Source of the DNA: an uncultured archaeon
GTDB taxonomy: Archaea; Thermoplasmatota; Penumbrarchaeia; JASLWR01
Length of the DNA stretch: 64,000 nucleotides
NCBI GenBank assembly: GCA_964342815.1
Contig: CAYFHS010000002.1
Location: forward strand, 152,790-216,789
Direction: 5' to 3'
In this document: piece after piece, positions 39,211 through 48,375 of the stretch
Layout of the letters: each line of letters starts with the position of its first letter
Numbering within the stretch: position 1 is the stretch's first letter
Translations under genes and position numbers: made by a program
Notes under the pieces: generated by a model
What the model was told of the DNA's origin: nothing
Databases searched by the model: none
Seen by the model: only the letters and a program-made list of their open reading frames with translations

Positions 39211-39741
39211 TTATTTGGAGTCATAAAATTCCCTGATGAGAGAAAAATATTCCTTCCATTCTTTCGTATTTTCCGGATAAGTGGTCAATGCAGTTTCTAA
39301 CTTATTTTCCCAGGTATTTCTTCCCATCTCTTCTTTTAGAATATCACGGACTTCGTCAAAGCGCTTTGTATAAGGATCGTCATATGTAATCATGAATTTT
39401 TCATTCGAATCCGTTGATCGAAACAAGAATACAAGGCATCGACATTTTCGGTTCTTAATACCGCGGATAATGGAGAAACCGAGCACGCTCCTCTCGGATT
39501 GCCTGATCGAAATAATCTCATCAAACAGAATAGCGTGCCATTTTTCTCCCATAAGCATGGATGGTATCTGCCTCTGTACTACTGCTGTGTCGAAACGCTT
39601 TTCGTCATCCAAAACCGGGAATTTTATATTTTTTATTTTTACGCCCTTTGCGAATACGATAATATCGTCGTTTGAGCTGTGGGTTTTTAGGGGGTATACC
39701 TTGTCCCCGAAGAGTAACTTTTTATCGATCATCCGGCTCAT
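39211..39741 (-). CDS. hypothetical protein
   Basis: 176 aa; ATGA overlap with the upstream gene. Confidence 0.65.
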   Translation of the reverse strand: MSRMIDKKLLFGDKVYPLKTHSSNDDIIVFAKGVKIKNIKFPVLDDEKRFDTAVVQRQIPSMLMGEKWHAILFDEIISIRQSERSVLGFSIIRGIKNRKCRCLVFLFRSTDSNEKFMITYDDPYTKRFDEVRDILKEEMGRNTWENKLETALTTYPENTKEWKEYFSLIREFYDSK

Positions 39742-40760
39742 CGCCCCTCACCTCTTTTTGACGATTTGATATGATTGCTCTTTTTCGGTCTGGCAATCAA
39801 CCTAAAGGAAAATAAAGGATGCCTCTTTTGAGATTGCCGCTCACTGAAACGCTCTCCGATAAGTTCGCCTCCTTTACCCCACGGCACAAGGTCACTTCCC
39901 CTGCTATACCCTCCCGCCCCGCCATAATACTTGTATCTCTCCCCCGGCTTGCACCACTCCCATACATTACCGAGCATGTCGTAAAGACCCCAAGGATTCG
40001 GAAGTAGGCTGCCAACTGGGAATACCATGCCCTTTTCATCCGGAAAGACGGTTTTACCCATTCCTAGAAATCCTTCCATCAGGATGAAGACATGCTGAAA
40101 TTTTTCATTGAGATAGGTTTTGGGATGCTTCCCCTGCTCATTGGCATATAATGCGAAATACCATTCCTCGAAGGTGGGCAGAGCGAATCTGAATTCAGCG
40201 TTCTTTTTATTCAAGGTATTTATGAATTCCTTGATCTCCTTCACCGACACGTGGGTGACGGGATATTCAGTCTTGACGGGGACATCGGGTCTTCGTTTCC
40301 GTCCCATCATCTTTTCCCATGGTTTGGTTTTAACCGCTTTGTACCACTGTCCCCTTGTTACTGGATATACACCCATATAATGATCCCTGAAAGGTAAATT
40401 TCTGAAAAGAATTCCGTTGATCTCGATCTGATCGAACCGGTCCGAATTTGTTTCTTTCCAGTCCTGAATTTTGCACATGACTTCATTCCTTTTTTTCCTT
40501 TTATGATCCCATTCCTTCATATCCTTGGCAGCTTTTCGCGCCATGAGAAGATACATTATTCCTCCAAGAATCGGGAGGAAGACATAAATGATAAAAAGAG
40601 AATTTGCATTCCTTTTTTCACCGCTGTATGAGTCCCGTGCGGAAAGCAGTATTTTCTTCTTTCGAGTGAACCTCCAGATGGCGAATATCATGATAATGTG
40701 GGTAGCCAGGACGCCTAATGTTATAATTTCTGCGATCATAGAATCCCTCCATCGAAGCAT
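39738..40760 (-). CDS. membrane protein with formylglycine-generating enzyme (SUMF1/FGE-sulfatase)-like domain
   Basis: 2 N-terminal TM; YPVTRGQW, PVTHVS, FALPTFEEW, PNPWGLYDMLGNVWEWC, FSFRL. Confidence 0.8.
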   Translation of the reverse strand: MLRWRDSMIAEIITLGVLATHIIMIFAIWRFTRKKKILLSARDSYSGEKRNANSLFIIYVFLPILGGIMYLLMARKAAKDMKEWDHKRKKRNEVMCKIQDWKETNSDRFDQIEINGILFRNLPFRDHYMGVYPVTRGQWYKAVKTKPWEKMMGRKRRPDVPVKTEYPVTHVSVKEIKEFINTLNKKNAEFRFALPTFEEWYFALYANEQGKHPKTYLNEKFQHVFILMEGFLGMGKTVFPDEKGMVFPVGSLLPNPWGLYDMLGNVWEWCKPGERYKYYGGAGGYSRGSDLVPWGKGGELIGERFSERQSQKRHPLFSFRLIARPKKSNHIKSSKRGEGR

Positions 40761-40766
40761 TTTATA

Positions 40767-41714
40767 TCAATCATCGAACCTCTTCAGTATCTTCTTCTCA
40801 ATGTACCTATCAAAGCGCTTGCTCCTTACTATCCAGCCGGAGGTCCAAAATATTATGAGAATTACAGTTACTATCATGATTCCCACGAACCCCATAATCA
40901 AAGGGAGTGAAAGATTTAAAAAACTTGCTATAAATATGAAGACAGTCAAATAACATGCCATATAAAGTAATGAAGGAATCAATTGCACAATTGTAAATTC
41001 ATCAAAGAATACGATAAAATTGCAATCTTCACATTTAGCATTGAATCTCCCGTCTGCTCTAAGTTCCATAGTGCCCTGACAGACAGGGCATTTTTTCTCG
41101 CTCCAGCTCCGGAATGGATGTTTCTTTCCACTCCTCGTCTGATATTCTTTCTTCAATTTTTTCTCGATATCAACCAGTTTGAATATGCTTATATCCTCCT
41201 GGAAATCGACCTTCTTTGGATCAACGGATCGACGCAATATTCCAATGATTTTCCTTTTGTCGTCTTCTCGAAATCCGAAACCGATATCCACCATCCGATT
41301 GTTTCTATTGTAGATATGGATTCTTATTGAACCCTGTGTAGTGAATGTATAGATTGCTACTATTTCGTCGTAGGGGAAAACCTTCTTTCTGACAACTTTG
41401 AAAGCAATTTCCTTATTCAATATACTGACCTTTCGCTTTTTGAAGAATGCGATATACAAGATCGCACAAAGGGGCATGACAAAAGCTCCAAATATGCTAC
41501 TGTAAATCAATAAGGTAATCGTTGGTCCCTTTATAATGAGATAACCGAGTATCCAGAGAAAATAAGGGACAGGAAATAAAAGAGTAAGAAAAACAGCTCC
41601 CCCTCGCTCCATTGGTGGAAAGCGCCGAAATGAGCTATGGAAAGTATGTGTCATTATCGTAACCCAAACCGAGGATGGTTGACTTGGAATATAAATTTTA
41701 TTGAGCCGGTTCAA
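40767..41714 (-). CDS. multi-TM hypothetical protein with internal Zn ribbon
   Basis: TM pairs at both ends; CPVC...CEDC. The start is probably later than the track TTG. Confidence 0.65.
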   Translation of the reverse strand: MNRLNKIYIPSQPSSVWVTIMTHTFHSSFRRFPPMERGGAVFLTLLFPVPYFLWILGYLIIKGPTITLLIYSSIFGAFVMPLCAILYIAFFKKRKVSILNKEIAFKVVRKKVFPYDEIVAIYTFTTQGSIRIHIYNRNNRMVDIGFGFREDDKRKIIGILRRSVDPKKVDFQEDISIFKLVDIEKKLKKEYQTRSGKKHPFRSWSEKKCPVCQGTMELRADGRFNAKCEDCNFIVFFDEFTIVQLIPSLLYMACYLTVFIFIASFLNLSLPLIMGFVGIMIVTVILIIFWTSGWIVRSKRFDRYIEKKILKRFDD

Positions 41715-41908
41715 AATCGATAAAGGTTCCTAATTGAAAATTTTACAACGTTGATAGGTATAATTTTTTCATAAGACACGATAATCCAAACTAATAACAG
41801 TGTGGGAGAGTAAATATTTCGAGAAATCTTCCGATGTATCATAAGGTTTTGGCCGATTTCTTCCCGGAAGATAGTTTCATTTTTCAGCCAATTTATAGTC
41901 TCGTCCCC

Positions 41909-42265
41909 TCACCACACTTTCTTTTCCTCTATCAGCTCCACCTCGACCTCGGTACCAAAATTCTTTTTCAGGTCGTTCCGAAGTGCCTCGAAATCTTCCA
42001 TGCTGTCATATTCCACCACCAGATTTTTCTCATCGAGCACGTTCAACCTGCCATGTCTTTCCACCACCTCGATGACGTCCCTGGTCCTTACCGTGATCCA
42101 GCCTTTCATACGCCTCAGCAGTTCATCCCCTTTGAATGCTCTGGCGATGGTCAGGTCGATCCTGCGCTGCTTTGCATCCCAACCGATTATGGCAGGACGC
42201 ACTATCTTTGGCGTTACCGGATCGTGAACAACAGCACATCTGAACCATATCTTCGATCGTATCAT
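41909..42265 (-). CDS. small hypothetical protein
   Basis: 118-aa ORF with typical codon usage, co-oriented with neighbours. Confidence 0.65.
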   Translation of the reverse strand: MIRSKIWFRCAVVHDPVTPKIVRPAIIGWDAKQRRIDLTIARAFKGDELLRRMKGWITVRTRDVIEVVERHGRLNVLDEKNLVVEYDSMEDFEALRNDLKKNFGTEVEVELIEEKKVW

Positions 42266-42332
42266 AAGGTATCAGACCATATTGTTTTATACGGAAAAAA
42301 TTCTTGACCGGTATTGCCATTTGTTTCGATGT

Positions 42333-45300
42333 TCATACCGGTGGCGGAGGCGGCATGGCAGAGGTAGAGGTCGGAGTTGCGGGGGCGGGTTTTGGTGCAG
42401 CAGGAGGAGACTGTGCCGGAGGTGACTGTGCAGGAGGTACCGCCGTCCCGGGGGCCGCTCCTGGGATGGGTCTCGGAACGGATCCCGGGATAGGTCCCGG
42501 AACGGGTCCCGGTGCTTTTGGCTGATATTTGCCCTGCGGTGGTGCGGTGGGTGCCGGTTTGTAAAGCCTCTCGCCGGGTACGCTGGGTGTTGGAGTGGGT
42601 TTCTGGTACGGATGCGCGGACGGCACGCTGGTGGTCTGGATCTCGTATTTCCCGTCCACGAACTGGAAATCGATTATGTCCGCCTCATCATCCTTTCCAT
42701 TCTTCGAAGCTCCCTCTGTCTCGGTATGTCCCACCACCTGCTTCGTGTTCATGTCGATCACCACCGAGTACTGCGGTAATGCAAGCCGCTTCTTCTGCTC
42801 CGGCAGTTTCTTCGCAGAAGTTTGACCCGAAGGTAGCTGAGCAACATCCTTCTTCTTGAACAGCTCACTTGCGTCGGGCATGATCCTTTTGGCGACCACG
42901 CCTCCCTTCATCACCGGACTGTAGGTGATCTCGGCCATGTCTTTCCTCTCACTTTCCCTATCCAGCAGCTCCGGCGGTATCCTGTTCTTTATCCGTTTCA
43001 CTACCATAATGATGATAATCATCAGGATAATCAGTGCAACCAAGGCGATTGCGCCGTAGAAAATTAATGGTTCGTCCTCTATTAACTTCTCCAGTGAGGA
43101 ACGTTCATCGATCATTTCTTTATCCACCACTTTGATGGAAAGCGCCTGCTCGGTCTCGGAAAAGAATGTCGGTATCTTCGAGGTGCACACGGCCCTGATA
43201 ATGTGTTCTCCCGATATGGAGGAACCCGCCGGAACGAATATTTCCAGGGGAAGTATGACCTCATTCTCCGGGAGCATTCTGAAGGAACCGATTAACGGGG
43301 ATACGTATTCAAGAAGTTCATCATCCGCTATGATATTGATGGTGACATTATCCTCGATGGTTCCTCGGTTGATGATACGCAGGTTGAATGTGTACACCGT
43401 TCCCTTCTCCACGGTTATGTTCGCAATCTGCGCGTCGAAAGATATCTCCGTAATATACACGATGATCTCCAGCGTCTGATAGGCTACCGGTGAAAAGCTC
43501 TCACCGTCGAAGGCCTTGATCTGAATATAGTAAATTAAATTCGGTGCCAGCTCTTTACTAAACTGAAATCTCGTATGGTTCTGTACCGGGTACCAGGATA
43601 CGATCTCGCCGTGACCCTTGGACAAACCTATCTGGATGAAATACACTATCATATCATCCCTGCCCTCGGGGTCCGTTGCAGGGTCCCAATGAATGGTGGG
43701 CGTCAAATTAGTGGTCATACTGGGTAATATGTTTGTCACCTGGGACGGCGGCATGTTGCCCTTTTCTGTTATTTCCAGAACCGCTTCGAAAACTATGGAA
43801 AATAATTCACCATCGAAGGCCTTGATCTGGACGTAATATTTACCAATGACAAGTTCTTCCTTTGGTCGGTAGCTGTTCACCGCGATCCCATCCACCCATG
43901 GCAGTACGTCACCCGCCCCGCTTCTGCTTCCGATCTGTATCGAATATGTTATGTTGTCGTTGTTGATGTCGTAGGCCCCGACCCAGCTAATGTTCGTGGT
44001 CGTCTCCCATGTCTTGGTGGGGTACATTTCCGTGGGTGGTGACGGTGGTGCGTTGGCATCTCCTATTATATGAAGAAGTTCCTGTTGTATGTATGAGAAG
44101 GAATACCCGTCAGAAACACGGACCTGCACGTAATAGGTACCGAGGGGCAGCTCATTCTGGATCTGATACTGCGAGGATGGCCCAACATCGACCCATGGTA
44201 GTATGTCATCGCTGTATGGATAGCTTCCGATCTGGAGGTAGTTGCCAATTACCGAATCGCCATCCCCGTCCACCGCTCCGGACCAGCTTATCAACGGCAG
44301 CGTTTCCATGGTAAAGTCCGGAAGGATCGTATTTGGTGGTGATGGTGGAAGGTTTGCAAGCACGAAGATATCTAAGGTCTGAACCAAGGGCGTGGAGTTA
44401 TCCAATCCGTCCGTGGCCAAAACCTCGACGAAATAAGTATCGTACGGCAGTGGTGTTTCTACCTGATAGAAAGGATTTTTTCCTATCCATTGCCGCCGTA
44501 CCACATCCCCACTTCCCTCCACGGTCCCGATCATTATATAGTATTCCAGATCATAGCTTTCTGTTATAGTATCGGTGGCACCATACCAGTGTATAAAGGG
44601 GGCAGTTTCCCGTGTCTCGTCCGGCAGCAGGGTGTCCGGTGGAGACGGAGGTATGTTGAAGTACAGCTCGAACAGCTCCGAGTTTTCCGAGAAGGGCACA
44701 GATGACGCTGCCCCGAACTTATCATCTATCTTTACTTCGACGTCATAGGTTCCTGTCTCGAAGCTGCTATTCACTCCAAAGGTAATATTTGTTAGGTATT
44801 CGTTGTTATCCAGCAGTGATGAAGTGATCTTGGCCAACTCCTTGACACCAGATGAAAATACCAGGAATGTTTCATCCGAGGGGTTCCTTATGGACAGTTC
44901 GTAGGTGAATGAACTCAAGGTGTGAAGGTCCGGATCGCTGAACCTTACCGATAAGGTCATTTCCGGCTCATTATAGGTGTTCAGGCGAGTGGGTGAAATG
45001 CTCACTTCGAGTATCTGTGGGTCTATGTTGAAAAAGGTTGAAAAAACCTCGGGATTATCAGCGTAATCGGAAACGAATATTGGCTCAGCTCCGTCGTGGA
45101 TGGTTATCCTGACGTCGAATTCGTCATCCGGCAAGGAGTTAAATTCGTCATACCTGTACGATACCATGAAAGAATTGTTTGTAAGATTGATGATCTGGAA
45201 AGCGGATCTACTGGCAGCCGGGTAAATAGTCCGAAGGGTGCCGTTGGAGCTTCTCAAACTTATGTTGACATCCACGTTCCTGAGTTCGTAATCGCCGGAA

Positions 45301-46826
45301 ATATTTTCCATAACGGTGTAATTGATGAAGACAGGTTTTTCCAGATGGCGGTTGCAGCGTTCCGGTTCAACGGAAACACCGACGATCTCGGCCCTGTACA
45401 GCTCGAATGCATCGAGCCGGTCCTCGAAGCTCGAGCTGTTTTGACCACCCAGCCCGTCGTTCACCTCGATCAAAAGATCGTAAAAGGACGGAGGATAAGC
45501 ATCATCTGGCTTCCATATATACTGGAAATCGTATGAATGATTCGTTTTTTTGTTTATTGATAATCCCGGTTCGCCGTTTTCCGCATTGGTCGCCAGATCA
45601 TAGACTATATTGTTCTCATCTCTTATGCGGATGCTGAGATTGAAATCGGAATCGCTCTGAACGTCCAGGTCCTGGAATGTACCTGAGAAAGTTATGGTTG
45701 ATCCTCCGAGTTTGTTAAGCCGCAATTTGTTGTTCTTCATGCTGTTCACATTTATTCCGGGGTAATGGTTGCGCAGCTCAACTGCATTCTCAAGTGATTG
45801 ATATCCAGTCCCTCCCGGCAGCCCGTCCGGATCGAATAATAAAATTTTTAGATCCACGAAACCGAATCCGTAGACCCGTCCGGGATCAAAAAACAGTGTT
45901 GCGTTATAAAAACCGGCGAGAATGCGCTCCATTGAGAACTTGGTATTCTTGATTGAAATGTTGTCTACGTATCTTAACAGCGATGCGTTATCGCTTAACC
46001 GCACGTCAACTGTCATTGTGAAATTGTCCACACTGTGATCATCGGGATCGCTCACAGACAGGTTTATGGCTGCCGTGTCATCCGAAAGAGGATAGATTAT
46101 GGGGTTGCTCACGTTTACGCTGTCTTTAATGTAACGGGGCCGGAAATTCGCCTTTACAGTAATATTATCGATTATTATCATATCCCCGTGGGGATTGTCA
46201 CGACCTCCCGAGCTCCAGTAAAAATACCCGCGAAATTGTATTCGGAGGTTGCTGATCTTTGGGAACGCCGAGAGATCGTAGGAGGCATGTATGAAATCGT
46301 TGGGGCCAGTGGATGAATCGCCATTATCCAGGGTCTGTGGTGTTTTCCACATGGGGTTGGTATAACCGTTATTAGTGATCCCATCCGCGTCTATATCGAT
46401 ATACAAATGTTCATAGTTCTCTATATCTTCGTAAGCGTAATAGAAATCAAGCACGACGTCCTCGGTATTAGTTAGATCCAGGGTCGTGACTATCACTGCC
46501 GTATCGTAGTTGTTACCCCCATCTCCCCTCATGAAAACGCTGTGGCCGTCATACGCAAAAGTGTTGCCGTCGAAATTCGTACGGACCTCAAGCAATCCCC
46601 TGTTCCTCCAGGGGGTGAAAGCGCCCCATCCGTTCTCGAAATCTTCGAAAAAAATGATTTTTTCGGCACCTCGGGTAGCGCTTGATGGATTATCGGCAGG
46701 GTTAAGCTGAGGATTGGTACGTGTTTCCGTACTCATATTATTGGAAAATAGGTGCAGCGACGAACTTATCAATGCCACTGTTATCATGCAAATGATCATC
46801 TTATTCTTGCTAATCATAAAGCTCAC
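42333..46826 (-). CDS. large surface protein: N-terminal jelly-roll (MAM-like) domain, ~4 Ig-like and 4 FnIII-like repeats, TM, Pro-rich tail
   Basis: Signal peptide; FFEDFENG...LDLT...IQFRG...IIDNITV; four N.PPSPP..(L)P..T.ET...I.W..A.D repeats; TM; PAQSPP/PAPA tail. Confidence 0.82.
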   Translation of the reverse strand: MSFMISKNKMIICMITVALISSSLHLFSNNMSTETRTNPQLNPADNPSSATRGAEKIIFFEDFENGWGAFTPWRNRGLLEVRTNFDGNTFAYDGHSVFMRGDGGNNYDTAVIVTTLDLTNTEDVVLDFYYAYEDIENYEHLYIDIDADGITNNGYTNPMWKTPQTLDNGDSSTGPNDFIHASYDLSAFPKISNLRIQFRGYFYWSSGGRDNPHGDMIIIDNITVKANFRPRYIKDSVNVSNPIIYPLSDDTAAINLSVSDPDDHSVDNFTMTVDVRLSDNASLLRYVDNISIKNTKFSMERILAGFYNATLFFDPGRVYGFGFVDLKILLFDPDGLPGGTGYQSLENAVELRNHYPGINVNSMKNNKLRLNKLGGSTITFSGTFQDLDVQSDSDFNLSIRIRDENNIVYDLATNAENGEPGLSINKKTNHSYDFQYIWKPDDAYPPSFYDLLIEVNDGLGGQNSSSFEDRLDAFELYRAEIVGVSVEPERCNRHLEKPVFINYTVMENISGDYELRNVDVNISLRSSNGTLRTIYPAASRSAFQIINLTNNSFMVSYRYDEFNSLPDDEFDVRITIHDGAEPIFVSDYADNPEVFSTFFNIDPQILEVSISPTRLNTYNEPEMTLSVRFSDPDLHTLSSFTYELSIRNPSDETFLVFSSGVKELAKITSSLLDNNEYLTNITFGVNSSFETGTYDVEVKIDDKFGAASSVPFSENSELFELYFNIPPSPPDTLLPDETRETAPFIHWYGATDTITESYDLEYYIMIGTVEGSGDVVRRQWIGKNPFYQVETPLPYDTYFVEVLATDGLDNSTPLVQTLDIFVLANLPPSPPNTILPDFTMETLPLISWSGAVDGDGDSVIGNYLQIGSYPYSDDILPWVDVGPSSQYQIQNELPLGTYYVQVRVSDGYSFSYIQQELLHIIGDANAPPSPPTEMYPTKTWETTTNISWVGAYDINNDNITYSIQIGSRSGAGDVLPWVDGIAVNSYRPKEELVIGKYYVQIKAFDGELFSIVFEAVLEITEKGNMPPSQVTNILPSMTTNLTPTIHWDPATDPEGRDDMIVYFIQIGLSKGHGEIVSWYPVQNHTRFQFSKELAPNLIYYIQIKAFDGESFSPVAYQTLEIIVYITEISFDAQIANITVEKGTVYTFNLRIINRGTIEDNVTINIIADDELLEYVSPLIGSFRMLPENEVILPLEIFVPAGSSISGEHIIRAVCTSKIPTFFSETEQALSIKVVDKEMIDERSSLEKLIEDEPLIFYGAIALVALIILMIIIIMVVKRIKNRIPPELLDRESERKDMAEITYSPVMKGGVVAKRIMPDASELFKKKDVAQLPSGQTSAKKLPEQKKRLALPQYSVVIDMNTKQVVGHTETEGASKNGKDDEADIIDFQFVDGKYEIQTTSVPSAHPYQKPTPTPSVPGERLYKPAPTAPPQGKYQPKAPGPVPGPIPGSVPRPIPGAAPGTAVPPAQSPPAQSPPAAPKPAPATPTSTSAMPPPPPV

Positions 46827-47042
46827 CGATTGTGCATAATGTAACTTTCGGAATATCTTCTCATTCTTACATATAATTTATGGTACATTATTAGAACTGT
46901 AGGTTTTGTGTATAAATATTACTGCCTTGTTTCAAATTGTGTAGTTGATGGCCCCGAGTAGTTTTGATAATTGATGTTTCCCGCCGCGAATTGGCGAGAA
47001 AAGATTTAAATCCCATTTTTATCGTAACAAGCTCTTGATATT

Positions 47043-47879
47043 ATGGTGTTTGTAAAGAGGGTCAATGCAGATGTAAAAAGGATCATGGGAGAATTCCTGA
47101 GGGCGAATATAAGGGAGAGCGGGGCGAATGGTGTGGTCATTGGGCTTTCCGGTGGAATAGACAGTGCACTTTGCGCAAAGCTCTGCGTGGATGTACTGGG
47201 AAGCGAGCGGGTTCACCTGTTGTTCATGCCCGAGGAATCCACACCTCCGGGGGATTATGAAGATATTGAAAAGCTGTCTCAATATCTCAATGTACCGGTG
47301 CACACCCTTTCTATTAATGATCTGGTGAAGGAATTCATCGGCTCCCTGTCGCATTGCGGTTTTGCAGGGGAAGTAGGTGGGTCCGCAATGGATCGTGGGA
47401 AGACAAACATCAAACCAAGGATACGAATTTCAGCACTTTTTTATTTTGCCAATATTTACAATTGTCTCGTCATCGGCCCCTCGAACAAGAGTGAACTTCT
47501 GGTGGGTTATTTCACCAAGTTCGGCGACGGTGCAAGCGACCTGGCCCTCATCGGTGATCTCTACAAGACCCAGGTTTTCCAGATGGCCGGCTTGCTTGGC
47601 CTGCCGCAGTGGATACTGGACAAGAAACCCTCGCCTGGCCTTGAAGTGGGTGTCAACGACGAGGACGAATTGAAGATCACCTATGCTCTATTGGACCAGA
47701 TACTGGCCGGATTTGATCTGGGTTATGACGATGAATACGTGGCAGAGAAAGTTGGTGCTCCACTGGGGGAAGTTTTGAGAATTCGAAAAATGATGATCTC
47801 CACGATACACAAACGTCGGTTCCCGAGGATACCCAAGATAGGTCTTTATACGGTGGGGATCGACAGAAGAGAATATTGA
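47043..47879 (+). CDS. nadE: NH3-dependent NAD+ synthetase
   Basis: VIGLSGGIDS, NIKPRIR, NKSELLVGYFTKFGDG, IGDLYKTQV, KKPSPGL, DEDEL. Confidence 0.95.
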   Translation: MVFVKRVNADVKRIMGEFLRANIRESGANGVVIGLSGGIDSALCAKLCVDVLGSERVHLLFMPEESTPPGDYEDIEKLSQYLNVPVHTLSINDLVKEFIGSLSHCGFAGEVGGSAMDRGKTNIKPRIRISALFYFANIYNCLVIGPSNKSELLVGYFTKFGDGASDLALIGDLYKTQVFQMAGLLGLPQWILDKKPSPGLEVGVNDEDELKITYALLDQILAGFDLGYDDEYVAEKVGAPLGEVLRIRKMMISTIHKRRFPRIPKIGLYTVGIDRREY

Positions 47880-47937
47880 TTTTCTACATAAAATTACACA
47901 ATAAAATAATTATACCAATTCCTTATTTCTTTTCCCC

Positions 47938-48351
47938 ATGGCCCGAAATTGTCCCAGATGCATGAATCCCATGGTTCTGCTAACGAAAAAGAACATCGAA
48001 TTGGATGCTTGTCCCCAGTGTATGGGCATCTGGTTCGACAAGGATGAGCTTGATAAGATAACCGATGGCTGCACCTCCTTCGAGGGGCTTATATTTACAG
48101 CCAAAAGCCTGGGGAGGAAACTCAGCTGCCCCAACTGCAGCAAGATGATGAACTATTACACGGTTGAAGGAGTTACAGTGGATTTCTGCCAGGATTGTGC
48201 GGGGGTTTGGTTGGATGCCGGTGAACTGTCGGCGATTGGCGGCGTTCTGCAGAAAAAGAGCCAAGAGGCATCCGAAGGCTTCTGTTACGAGATCCAAGAG
48301 GAAAAGGCCGATGGTTTCTTTTCCAAGATCAAGGACATCTTCAAGAAATAG
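47938..48351 (+). CDS. zf-TFIIB-like double Zn-ribbon protein
   Basis: Two CPxC...(L/V)DxCxxCxGxWxDxxEL units. Confidence 0.85.
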   Translation: MARNCPRCMNPMVLLTKKNIELDACPQCMGIWFDKDELDKITDGCTSFEGLIFTAKSLGRKLSCPNCSKMMNYYTVEGVTVDFCQDCAGVWLDAGELSAIGGVLQKKSQEASEGFCYEIQEEKADGFFSKIKDIFKK

Positions 48352-48375
48352 TTGGACCCGACGAGCTTTCCCTCA

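Noticed and set aside
39738-40760. Diversity-generating retroelement targeting the FGE/CLec domain
   Set aside because: No reverse transcriptase and no second copy of the 3' region were seen in the window.
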